A DNA stretch of 64,000 nt from Mytilus californianus. Lineage: Eukaryota. The first letter of the stretch is position 1; each line of letters starts with the position of its first letter. Below are positions 38,906-51,400 of the stretch, piece after piece. The DNA lies in NCBI RefSeq assembly GCF_021869535.1, contig NW_026262695.1, positions 310,001 to 374,000 of the forward strand, written 5' to 3'. The notes under the pieces are model-generated. The model did no database searches. It saw only the letters and a program-made list of their open reading frames with translations, and was not told where the DNA came from. The position numbers and the translations under genes were made by a program.

Positions 38906-40554
38906 AGTATGTGGTCTACATTTATGATATGTGAGAAATATTGAGGTAAAAATATAATACAGTTCATCCTGAGTTATCAAATATACTGATTAAAAACAGT
39001 GGCTCAATTTCAGTCAAATAATATAGAAATGGTTGTTCCATGAAAACGATTGTAGAAATATCAGTGAATTGTCATAGAGTTAATGCAATCTAATTCTGAA
39101 TTAATTTCACATCAGGGCCATATAAAAAAGACTCATTTTTTTCTTAGTGTATCACTGGTCCATGTTTGCATGCTAGCTACACTATGTCAACCAAAATATA
39201 GATGCCTAACTATAGCCCAAAACTGCGATTATGTTTGAGTGTGTCAAAAAAGGATGACAAAAAATACCGAACTCCAAGGTAAATCAAAAAAGGTTAAGTC
39301 AAAGCAATTAATTACGACAAGGACATTCTTAACCAAAACAAAAAGAGATTATAATGTCTTTCATATATAACTATATATATATATATATCATATATATAAT
39401 ACTGTGAATTTTAGAAAAAAAGGTACCTCTTTATCTTGGTTTAAAACATTCTCCGATTCAAAATATAACAGGAACATGTAAATTTTCTAAATTGTATCGC
39501 TTAGTAGCATTTGATTTTATTAAAATATGTAAATCAAATAGTTGAATCAAAATGTTGTATCAGGGTTTTTTTGCTTGAATTCAAAATATTAGTCGTGAAA
39601 AGAGAATAAAGCATTCACAATCTCAGGCTAATGAAAGGGGTCAGAGACCCGTGTGATCATATTACATTGTAGCTTTTGATTGCCATTATTGCGATTATAA
39701 ATAAAAAACCGCACAGCTATGATGAATTAAAATTTAGAAATAGTTTATTATATTAGTTAAGCTGGCTTGCACTCAACACACGTACTCCCATAGTCCTCAA
39801 CTTCAGCATCCACCCTTAACCTGAAGTTTTGTTCAAGTGAAAGGAACTCAATATGTTGGGCTTTAAGCTTACAACTTTTTAAGCTCCACAGTGACCATTA
39901 CCAAGATTTCCAAGAGCCAGCAATTCTTTTTATTTCACAACGTAGTCAACGAATGAAATGCCAGTTAAACTGTTTTATATATTCCAATATCCTCTACGGT
40001 TCATTTGGCTTTATCGGTTTACATATGCTTTGACATTTAAGTTCTGAAAATAACTTTATGCCCTAACTTGACATCGGTAAACTAGCTTCCTATTATTCAA
40101 GAGTGAAATGTCAACCAGCCGAGGCATCAATCTAGTGATTGCAAAGACAGTCATCAAATATAAGAAAGTTTTTACTTGAGAGCACCAGACGCACATGATG
40201 AGCGTTGGCACGCGAGTATTACCATCTAGAAGGCCCAATCAAATACAAAGGTGTCGAGCATTTTAAACCATACATTCAATTATGGTGTACCACATCTTGC
40301 CACATTATTAATTCCGGGACTAGAACCATTTTTTTTGTCTCTTATTTATAGTTAGTAAAAACACACAAGAGATATCACACGTTTCTTTTTAAAATTATCT
40401 ATATAAGAATGTAGCTAACATGGTGTTCGTGTAATGCATTTAACAGTTGTAACCTATGTGACCAATGTTTATCAATATAACTATGTTTCTGTTTGTTTTA
40501 TCAAGTATTTTTTCGACTAACACTGAAATATTAACGTAAAGGTTATTGAGAAGA
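38904..40554 (+). repeat. Left arm of a long inverted repeat (about 1.65 kb)
   Basis: Reverse complement of 41712-43332, about 97% identical by eye with one indel of about 25 bp. The mirrored ORFs 40056-40238(-) and 42004-42186(+) differ by only two residues. Confidence 0.95.
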
Positions 40555-40555
40555 A

Positions 40556-40676
40556 ATGGTATATCTGAAAATATTGTTGCTACTAACAGTTTTGGTAGGA
40601 CCAACCGGAGCAAAACCTTCAAATGTTGATCTGCAGAATCTAAAAAAGGAACTACAACTACTGAAGTTTGAAACAG
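40556..40676 (+). pseudogene. Signal-peptide plus coiled-coil first exon (MVYLKILLLLTVLVGPTGAKPSNVDLQNLKKELQLLKFET), probably exon 1 of the C1qDC gene
   Basis: aaATGg start, hydrophobic signal core, heptad-like LQNLKKELQLL, and acag|GTaatt donor in phase 1, matching the phase of the C1q exon. The link to the C1q exon is inferred. Confidence 0.65.
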
Positions 40677-40929
40677 GTAATTCTAATATTATATCATAGC
40701 TATATTTATCAATGCATATATATATCTAATTCTTTAATTTATTCTATTTTGAAAAATTTGAAAAAGAGTTATTACACTAGTACTTAATCTACTTAATTCT
40801 TATGTGTGGCAATTCAAACATGTAAAGTTGAAAAAAAAAAGTTAAATGTTATGACTTATTTGAAGACATGAGTATCCTCGGGATCTTTACTCATTTTGGA
40901 ATTTCCTAATGTAATGTTTAACAATTTGT

Positions 40930-41230
40930 AACATGATAATCAAGATCCTTGATACAAAGCAGGTGCTTACAAGGAAGTTATTAAACCAAAAGTTCCAAGT
41001 ACTTAAGTTGAGGGCATATATTTAAAGTTTTACGGAAGCCATCACGAGTTGATTGACCGTTATGGCATTTATGTTTCACAGATGACGACAGACAGGTTCT
41101 AATTATCGTATCAACAATTTCGTCCTATTTCCTCGAATGTGACCTACCAACTAAGACTTATCACAACATTTGTACTTACGTGATCAACATGTGGACGAAT
41201 GACACATGTGGAGCATGATCTGCTTACAGA
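40930..41230 (+). mobile_element. Penelope-like RT C-terminal fragment in the inverted-repeat spacer
   Basis: LTRKLLNQKFQVLKLRAYI...HELIDRYGIYVSQMTTDRF. Reverse-complement paralogue of 23030-23335. Confidence 0.7.
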
Positions 41231-41711
41231 GCATATAAACTAACCAGTTTGTGTTTATCTCGTTTTAGGTTTGAGTGGTGTTATTATGCCTTTAAATTTT
41301 TCAATGTCTGTGTAAAATTATTCTCTATCCTTTGTAATAAAAAACGGTTTATTTGAAAAAAAAATCATTCGGTAAAGTTTGAAGGTTAGAAATAGTAACA
41401 TGACCGATGGCTTACAAAATTGGTAAGGGTTAGTTAAGAATCAATTACCAATCCGCTATTGCATGACGCATAATTACTTTATATAACGTTATAACATAAT
41501 TTATAGAAGTAATACGACGGGTGTCACATATGTTGCTGAAGCTACTAACTCTTCTGGAGCACCTGGTATAACTACCAATATTTGGTTGGGTTCGTGTTGC
41601 TCAGTCTTTAGTTTTCTATGTTGTGTTTGGCATGATGTTGTCAGCTTTTGTTTTACTTTTGCGTTTAACTGTCAGTTATCTACTGTCTCTCCTTCACAGG
41701 ACACATAATTA

Positions 41712-43332
41712 TCTCCTCAATAACCTTTACGTTAATATTTCAGTGTTAGTCGAAATAATATTTGATAAAACAAACAGAAACATAGTTATATAGATAAACA
41801 TTGGTCACATAGGTTACAACTGTTAAATGCATTACACGAACACCATGTTAGCTACATTCTTATATAGATAATTTTAAAAAGAAACGTGTTATAAATAAGA
41901 AACAAAAAAAAATGGTTCTAGCCCCGGAATTAATAGATGTAGCAAGATGTGGTACACCATAATTGAATGTATGGTTTAAAATGTTCGACACCTTTGTATT
42001 TGATTGGGCCTTCTAGATGGTAATACTCGCGTGCCAACGCTCAGCATGTGCGTCTGGTGCTCTCAAGTAAAAACCTTCTTATATTTGATGACTGTCTTTG
42101 CAATCACTAGATTGATGCCTCGGCTAGTTGACATGTCACTCTTGAATAATAGGAAGCTAGTTTACCGATGTCAAGTTAGGGCATAAAGTTATTTTCAGAA
42201 CTTAAATGTCAAAGCATATGTAAACCGATAAAGCCAAATGAACCGTAGAGGATATTGGAATATATAAAACAGTTTAACTGGCATTTCATTCGTTGAGTAC
42301 GTTGTGAAATAAAGAATTGCTGGCTCTTGGAAATCTTGGTAATGGTCACTGTGGAGCTTAGAAAGTTGTAAGCTTAAAGCCCAACATATTGAATTCCTTT
42401 CACTTGAACAAAACTTCAGGTTAATGGTGGATGTTGAAGTTGAGGACAATGGGAGTACATGTGTTGAGTGCAAGCTTAACTAATATAATAAACTATTTCT
42501 AAATTTTAATTCATCATAGCTGTGCGGTTTTTTATTTATAATCGCAATAATGGCAATCAAAAGCTACAATGTAATATGATCACACGGGTCTCTGACCCCT
42601 TTCATTAGCCTGAGATTGTGAATGCTTTATTCTCTTTTCACGACTAATATTTTGAATTCAAGCAGAAAAACCCTGATACAACATTTTGATTCAACTATTT
42701 GATTTACATATTTTAATAAAATCAAATGCTACTAAGCGATACAATTTAGAAAATTTACATGTTCCTGTTTTATTTTGAATCGGAGAATGTTTTAAACCAA
42801 GATAAAGAGGTACCTTTTTTTCTAAAATTCACAGTATTATATATATGATATATATATATAGTTATATATGAAAGACATTATAATCTCGTTTTGTTTTGGT
42901 TAAGAATGTCCTTGTCGTGATTAATTGCTTAAACTTTGACTTAACCTTTTTGGATTTACCTTGGAGTTCGGTATTTTTGTCATCCTTTTTTGACACACTC
43001 AATCATAATCGCAGTTTTGGGCTATAGTTAGGCATCTATATTTTGGTTGACATAATGTAGCTAGCATGCAAACATGGACCAGTGATACACTAAGAAAAAA
43101 ATGGGTCTTTTTTATATGGCCCTGATGTGAAATTAATTCAAAATTAGCTTGCATTAACTCTATGACAATTCACTGATATTTCTACAATCGTTTTCATGGA
43201 ACAACCATTTTTATATTATTTGACTGAAATTGAGCCACTGTTTTTAATCAGTATATTTGATAACTCAGGATGAACTGTATTATATTTTACCTCAATATTT
43301 CTCACATATCATAAATGTAGACCACATACTAT
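41712..43332 (-). repeat. Right arm of the long inverted repeat (about 1.62 kb)
   Basis: Reverse complement of 38904-40554. Confidence 0.95.
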
Positions 43333-44246
43333 AAACGATACCACTTTACTATAAAAAAAAATACGCACTTGGACAATAAATGTATTCCTCTGTAATTACG
43401 CTCGACGGGAAATTTTAAAATAACAAAAAGCTTTTATCATAGTTGAAAATTTCATACAAGACTAAAAAAAAAATTGGCATAAAATTATACATGTCCCACC
43501 ATATATTTTATTATTTCCAATGCATTTATATACCATGTGTATGTCTTGGAAATAGTTTAAGAATCATAAATTCTTTTCTTTTTTAAAACATGTACAGTAT
43601 ACATCATCAAATAAAATTATTTTTACCAAGGGTGTTAATTCACGAAAAGAAATTCCAAAATATATGTATTGAGTGTATTATAATATGAGTACAGTTTCTT
43701 AGCAATACACTAATAAATGAATGGATGCACTTATTCTTTATATAAACAAGCACAGAGCCAGCTGGTATCAAAACTTGCTTATCACAATGACCGGTTAAAA
43801 ACCTATATATCCATAAGACTGATTAAAAGCATAACTAGTGGTTTAAGCAGGCATTAACACAGAACTAAAGCAATTTTTTACTGACATATGCAATTGGTTT
43901 GTCTGATCCTTATACATGTCAGCCTCATTACATTTAACATGGTACATTTAACAAAAAAGGAAACCAACAGACAAACAACAGTACACAAAACACAACATAC
44001 AAAACTAAAGACCTAGCAACACAACCCCAAAAACTAGGAGTAATCTGAGGTGCTCCCGATGGGTACGCAATTCCTGCTCCCCAAGTGGCATCCCTCGTGT
44101 TGCTCATGTTAGTACAAACCGGTAATAACTCTAGTTCGGTAGGTCACATTCGGTAAAAAGGGGACGGAATTGTGGTTACGACAAATGGAACATATCCGCT
44201 GTCATCTGTGAAACGGATATTCAATAACGGTATATTTTTCTTTCAG

Positions 44247-44384
44247 GTTATAAGTCCGTGCCAAAACGATTCGTTAATAAAGAAGAAGATATGGAAATAG
44301 TCAATATTTTACCCCGGAAATTGCCAAAATAGATAACCATTCAAAATTATCACAGACATGTTCAGTTTATTGATCACCAATCAG
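44247..44384 (+). pseudogene. Exon-like segment (GYKSVPKRFVNKEEDMEIVNILPRKLPK*ITIQNYHRHVQFIDHQS), possible C1qDC exon 2
   Basis: tatatttttctttcAG acceptor and cag|GTaaaa donor. 138 bp, phase 1-1, with a single in-frame TAG. Confidence 0.4.
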
Positions 44385-46088
44385 GTAAAATATTAACAAT
44401 TTAAGTAAGAAATGTCACTGGTGATGTCATAATGATGGCAAAACATGTCGAAATAGGCTTTACGCATACATTTATTTTTGAATAAGAATACATAAACTAT
44501 GGCCTTAATCTTAACATCATCTCAAGTCTGAATAATAAAATATTCAGTTATGTTCAGTCTTTCTGTAAATTATCAGACTTATCCACTGCGGTAAATGAAC
44601 TATTTAGACAATTTGATTGCAGTTAATCATCCAGTATTGTTCCGTAGCTTTTGAGACAATTCAGTATCATGTTGATGTGCACAAGTAAACAACAACTGTA
44701 AATAGTATGTCCATTGACCGAACAATATAATTTATAGTTCATTCTTTTAAGAGCTGTTCAGACCAAAATGACCGTTTCAGATCAAAATTGAATTATCAGT
44801 GTACAAAACAGAATAAGGATAATAGATAAAAACGTACATTTTAGAACGGAGTACTTCAGATCACCACTGGTTTTCGGTAGGTTCGTGTTGCTTAGTCTTG
44901 AGGTTTCTATGTTGTGTTTGAAGACTATTCGTGTTCTGCCACGGTTTTATCATTTTGTCTTCGACTTATAGATTTGAATATTCCTTAAATATCTTCGACA
45001 TCTCTATTTCAAGAACAATTAAATTGATAATAAACTATACCGTAGCAATGAATGAACTTTAATGATGATTTGCGTTATCAATCAGACTCTTTACACAGCA
45101 AAGCTCAAAAGATAGAGCGGTTAATTGCTGTTTTAAGTCCAGTGGCAAATACTAAACGCATTTCAGGACAGGAATATGTTAATATGTAATATGATTATAA
45201 ACACATCTATTGACAAGTCAATCGCGTTGAGCAGGATATTTCATGTACTAGTTCTTAAGATAACAGTCCACAGGAAGACTTACCTGGAAACGTTATTCAA
45301 AACTCAAGGGGATCAGTTGTTATATTTTAAATCAGAACGCGCTTGCTTAAAAGAGAAGCAGCAAAATCTAATTATTATTTTTTTGTGAGCAGACAAAGGG
45401 TAGAATAACGCTAGCTGTCTCTGCAATTACGCTATCGTTGACCACCGATGCGTATATGCTTCGAGAAATATTTAAAGGACAATTTATAAACGTTGTAAAT
45501 AATTTTACCATATGTATTTTTCGTATTTCAATACAAGGTCTTTGTCTTCGTGAAAACACATAATATACTTCTGAATGAATAAAAATATTGATTGGTTGCT
45601 TGAATGTTGCTAAGAGTCAAGCGACAAATATTGTAATCCTATTTGGGACTATACAAATATATCATAATATTATAATTATATAAGATATATTTTTTTTGGG
45701 ACAAAGCAGAAATGTATAGCCGACTATTCGGAAGGGTTTTTTCTCATTGTTAAAGGCCGCACGGTTGGCTATACTTGCTGAGGATTACTTAATTTGAACT
45801 TTGATGGATAGTTGTCTCATTGGCAATCATACCTCATCTCCTTATATAATAGTAAGCTTATAGGCTTTTATCCTGTAAATATTTTCACAAAAAAAGAACA
45901 AAGCACATTTAAAAAAATAGCGATAATGTGACATACTTAAATACGTCGTAAATGTGTTTAATTAACTCTTTTCTACTTATACTTAATTTCAGCAATGAGA
46001 TGTTACAAATAAGTACATTTTGTAGTTTTTCCCTAATGTATTAGTTTTTTTAACTATTAACTTCCTTGTTTTGTCGTAAGTGTATACA

Positions 46089-46191
46089 ATGATGATTCAG
46101 ATACGTTTTTCCCGTATGCTGTTATCATCAATGGTTGCCGTTGACATGCTCATTTTATATGCTTTAATTGTGATAATTTTGATACATTATG
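46089..46191 (+). CDS. Receptor gene 3, exon 1: signal peptide (…MVAVDMLILYALIVIILIHY)
   Basis: In-frame ATGs at 46089, 46116, 46131 and 46146 (true start uncertain). Hydrophobic core. Consensus donor g|GTAAGT at 46192, phase 1. Confidence 0.72.
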
Positions 46192-47991
46192 GTAAGTATT
46201 TTTTTTTACCATTTTCATTTAGTATCTAATTTCAATATCAAATCATAGTTATAGATAAAGCTTTCTTCCGTATAATCATATTTACATGTATCTGAATTTC
46301 TTCTTTTGTTTAAACGCGTATGCATTCAAATTAAAAACAGAAAATGTCTCAAGAACACTGAGACTCTATTCCGTATGTGTGTTTCAGTGTTCACAGAAAT
46401 TATATATAGTTGTAACATCTTTATTAGAAAAGTGAAATAACAAAAATTCCGAACTCTAATGAAAATACAAAACGAAAAGTTCCTTTACAAAATGCAAAAT
46501 CAAAAGCTCAAACATACGAATGAAGAATAGTTTGACTGTCATCTTCCTGACTTGGTACAGGCATTTCCTTTTGTAGAAAATTGTGGATTAAACCTGGTTT
46601 ATACTTTAAAATCTTTACATGTTATCACCAATGAAAAAGTAGGTATACAAAATGTTCAATTCCTCAGCCCAGTATTTGAAACTGATACAATTAAAAGAGA
46701 ATACAGATCATGATGTTGATCAACTGAAATCAATTCATTTTCGATATTTGGACTTTTGTTATAAATTTAGGTATTTATAATTGTTTCATGTTATTGATGA
46801 TATTTTATTTTAAATCTCAACATTGAACAAATAGGTTTAGACGACATTTTACGATAATATGTGATACATGTATTCTAATTTGGCAAAAATGGGTTCGACT
46901 AAATGTTTTTGGTTTTATAATCTATATTCGCAAATGTGTACTTAAAGTATGAAGGTTTTGTCGTTTTTAAAAAATGTAATATTATGTGAACTTTCGACTT
47001 CCTTGTTTAATGTAACCAATAAGGATAATGATGAATCAACTTTCAATTTCCGATTAATACTTTAATAGTGAATAGTTTCCGACGACAAGCCAATTGTACA
47101 TGTGATCATTGTAATACCTACTCGTTTCACACATTCGTTTTATTACTAATTGATATATATTTTAGTCAGACTTGTTTGTTTATTACCTTCATGTATCTTA
47201 TAATGTGTATATGTATGTATATATGCAAGTCTAAATTGAAAACAACGTTCAAATCTATGATTGCGTTGGTTAAAAACCGCTATTTTTATACGTTTGCATT
47301 TAAAACTCATTTCTTGTTAGAGGGGTCTAAATACAGCACAAACAACATTTTCCAAAAGACCAAAAAGTGAAAAGTATATTTTAACAAAACGCATTTGACT
47401 AACAGGTCGAACAGCTGATGTTATTAACCCCTGCTGACTGCCATTAGCGATTTCCAAATAAAGTGATCACCAGATTTAACATGGATCTTAATTAAAAATT
47501 TAATACCAATTAGAAAACAATAAACTTGCGGAAAAGATGGTATATCACAAAGGTGCAAAACTTTGTACACCATATCCGGATTTCGACAATTAATGTCTCT
47601 TCTGTGATGTTAGGGATATATGTATTCACAATTGACGACAGAAAGGTTTCGATATTGCCTTCTATGTATTAGTCAGTGTTTTGATTTTAAACATGAACTA
47701 CATATAGTTATACTTTTTGTTTAATATTACAGGTTATTTATTGTTCATGGAATTGTATATATACATAAATTCTTAACACACCAGCCGCATCCTTGACACT
47801 GACCAGCTTTGTGTCAATAATGTTAATTTTTATGATTGAAAAAGGGTATTTTTTTTGTGACGTAAAGAGTTGGTTGTGCAGTTTGTTCATGGTATTGCAG
47901 ACGGTATCATGCAAATTAAACTTAAAATATAAAGCTTTTTATATGAATTGATATTGCAAATCTTACTACAATTTATCTTATATTTCTTTAG

Positions 47992-48183
47992 TAAAATCAG
48001 CGCATGAATTATTGCATACTGATTCGAATGGCATAACGTGGGATCGCGCTCAAGATGAATGTAAACCTAATGGCCTAGAAAGCCGAGAAGAATACCTCAG
48101 GGAAAGTGGCATTGCTAATGAACTCGAATTTTGGATAGGAAAGGCTATTTACAGAGTACCAACACGATGGATTGAGATAATTG
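47992..48183 (+). CDS. Receptor gene 3, exon 2: N-terminal half of a C-type-lectin-like domain (…TWDRAQDECKP…LEFWIGKAIYRVPTRWIEII)
   Basis: tatttctttAG acceptor and GTaact donor. 192 bp, phase 1-1, open. W-x-x-A-x-x-x-C and FWIG CTLD motifs. Confidence 0.85.
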
Positions 48184-48486
48184 GTAACTTAAATTTGTTA
48201 GATGAATGAAAAACATATATTTGTGTCAATGATACAAGAAATATAACAAGAAAAATCTTTAAAACATTGTACAGAAATGTGCAAAACATGTTGAGTTTTC
48301 ATTCGTATCAAGCTTAACACGTTAAAATGAATCAAAGACTACCAAAGGTCTGTCATTGTTTAAACAAAAAAGAAGGAATAATAGAAACACTGGCGTGAAC
48401 ATTGAAACAAAAATGAATTAAACTAATTTCTACAGATTGAACATTCAATTTGTATTTTTTTTCTGCATCAAAACTTGTCATCAAGC

Positions 48487-51400
48487 TGACGAAAGTACAG
48501 TATATATTCCATATGATATAAGGGGCATTGGTTTTACAACAATGATATGGTAATTATAACTTGGAAGAATGGATATGTTTTACTTCTACCCTTCTCCAAT
48601 AGCTGACATATCATCTTAATCTTTTTTTTTTAATGATATTTTTCCAAAGTTATTAATTCAACTTTAATATAGCTGCTAAGAGATAAGTTCGTGATATTCA
48701 ATGGTCGTTTATATATACAACTTTGCAAACACGCGCAAGTAATTAAACACATTTTTATCAAAATGAATTGCCAATTATTTGTTAACAACGAAATGGTTTA
48801 ATTTATTAAAATGACAATATTATTTACAAATGTGGTGCGTCAGAAGCGCTTTTTTTATTCTTGTTTTATCAGGATCACTCAAAACCAAACATTTAAGAGC
48901 TAGTGAAGAATGTATAAATATTTTACCCTTAAAATTATTAGTTTGAAAAATGATAAGAGCGCCCTCTACAATATAAATAACAAAGATGGCGGATCGTAAA
49001 CAAACAGCCTATTGTTTATGTGCATTAGCTAGCGCAACGTGTATTGTGAGACAAAGCTCTATTACGTTGTCGTTTCGGCCAACAAAAAAATGGCAAAGTA
49101 TCGTGTTCCATTTCGCGCATTTAGAAAATTTCAATATGGCGTCCTGCATCAAAAGACGTTTTGTTAAAAATACTGAAAAGTCGTGTCGGAAAAAGGTCAG
49201 TGATGATTTACACCAAATGAATATGACTTAAACATCATGTAACAGTTCACGGCAAGCTACAAATATTCCTGAAGTGTGGAGTCCTGGAATCACTATGCAT
49301 TTATCAATTCTGCATTTTATCGAAAATAATCTGACTGAAACATTCGGGAAATTTATTCTTTGTTTCCTTAATAAAACGACAGCAATGAACACGACAGGCA
49401 TGTTAGTTGAAAGTGTTTGTATAAAAATATGGATGATTTAGGGTAATTTGTTCTACCTTTTGTAATTTAAGGTCTAAAAGGTATCGACACTTTACTTGTA
49501 ATAAAACATCGAAAAATGTATTGAAAAAAGTAATAAAATCAATTACATTCTATTATATTTATTATATAAATCATAAAATATTCTTTGCCAAACTGTATGG
49601 TGAGGTTAAAGTAATGCCTGAGTTCAAACAAACATACAATGGTTATTTTAAACGCAGCGTACTTGTATTATTGTTTTATATTGGTCAGTCTATCAATACT
49701 ATTACTGTTTATGTAATAAATTAATTTCACTCTCGAAACTTATTACCTTTACTTTGCAAACGCTATTGATGGAGCATTAACAAATTATATTAAAAATTTG
49801 TTTTATTTTATGAATTGGGTTTTGATTAAAACAGAGTATTTACCCGAAAACTGGATAATGTTTTCGTTGGGATATCGGAATATCTATGAAAATTCATTGA
49901 AATTAGTATTGAAAAACTAAGAGGGTGTGGTACGATTACCAATGCGACAAGTCTCCATCAGGGACCAAATGACGTAGAAGTTAGCAACTATAAGTAATCT
50001 GATAGCCTTTAACAATGAGAAAAACCCATAACTCATTGCAAGCTATAAATGACGCCGAAATGTAAAACAACTCAAATATGATTTTCAGCAACAACCGAAA
50101 TCGGTGTATGACTTTCACATATAAATACATTAAGGACGAACATACATGTTATAAAAATAACGGAGTGACAGCAAAACATGCCATAGATTTTAGGTCAAAT
50201 ATGGTATGCATACAGAAACATATTAGTCACATGCAGAAAATTATGATATTTCACATTTTCGTAGCCGGTATAAGTACTATGAAATTAGTGATAAATATTT
50301 TTAAAAAACTCGGTACATTTAATCCTTTGCTACAAACACAAGATTCATTTGTTCCGTCTCATAACATTGACATTTCAGGACTACAAGTCCTATTCATTCT
50401 CTCATCATCCCTTACATAATCGATAATATTCGTCTGGTTTTGTTACCATCTACATGGTATTAAATTTTAATATAGGAGTCATATAAAGGAGTAGCACATA
50501 CATGTAATTACGATTCATTATACGTTTTTTCAGTGTTTTCGAAAGCCGATTTTGAGCTGCATTTATTAGATCTGTAAAATACAGATATTTACAAATTAGA
50601 TCTCTGGTTTTCTCAAAAAATAAAGTCCATGTTTTTTTTTTTTTATTATTTAAAACTACATTTTTTTTACTTATCAAAATTTACGGCAAACTTGTACTAT
50701 AACGTCAGAGTCATTGTTCTCGGGATAGATAACTATTCTCTTGAAAACAAATGAAAAAATAAATGTAATATAACTCGTAAATTTTTTTAAAAGGTCGGTG
50801 ACATATTTTAATGAGTACAAATTGCTCTTCCGCTCTTGTAATGATTTTGAAAGAAATCAATAGTAGATATTTTTTCACAATGGAAAAATATTTCACTTTG
50901 ACATATAACTTTTGGCGGGAATGATGCTAACCCTAATTTAGAAATTAAAACATATTAGATCATATAGTATAGAGTCTTATTAGATAGATACAAATCATAT
51001 GTTTTGTTTAGAAAAAAAAAAGGTTCTGGCTTTGATATAACTGAATAATAGTTACTTGAAATAATTACGAAATAATCGTCAATTTGGAGAAAAACACGAA
51101 ATTGATGTTGCTATAGTGATAAAACAAAGTCGGTGATCCCCATTTTTTTCATCATATTTTGTTCCCAAAATCATGAATTACCTCGACACAATTTTTTTAG
51201 AAAACAAATCATTAGTAGAATTGAATAGGCTGTTTGATCTTTAAGGAGCTGAAGCCAAAAATAATAAATCAACATTCCCGTGCCAGTTCAATCCTAATTT
51301 TCAAAATAATTTCGAATTTTATCAATGGAGAATTATTCCAACATGGTATTTTATAACCCATTGTCCAATATTTACTATTGCGTTGATGATACAAGCAAGA

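Noticed and set aside
40056-42186. Mirrored 60-aa ORFs (MGLLDGNTRVPTL…) as a conserved gene pair
   Set aside because: Their similarity follows simply from the inverted duplication. The start is a non-ATG codon and there is no domain signal.
38904-43332. Programmed, recombinase-driven invertible switch or autonomous foldback transposon
   Set aside because: No recombinase or transposase is encoded nearby, there is no TSD, the arms have diverged, and the C1q target exon is already inactivated. Kept only as a passive inversion hypothesis.
45368-45559. Minus-strand ORF ending ETASVILPFVCSQK, faintly like a CTL C-half
   Set aside because: It lacks the central Cys and usable splice sites, and it runs into a SINE-like fragment.
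50078-50419. 113-aa ORF (and its copy at 54509-54850)
   Set aside because: It starts inside a repeat fragment, has AT-rich non-domain composition and no splice context. The second copy comes from the tandem duplication.
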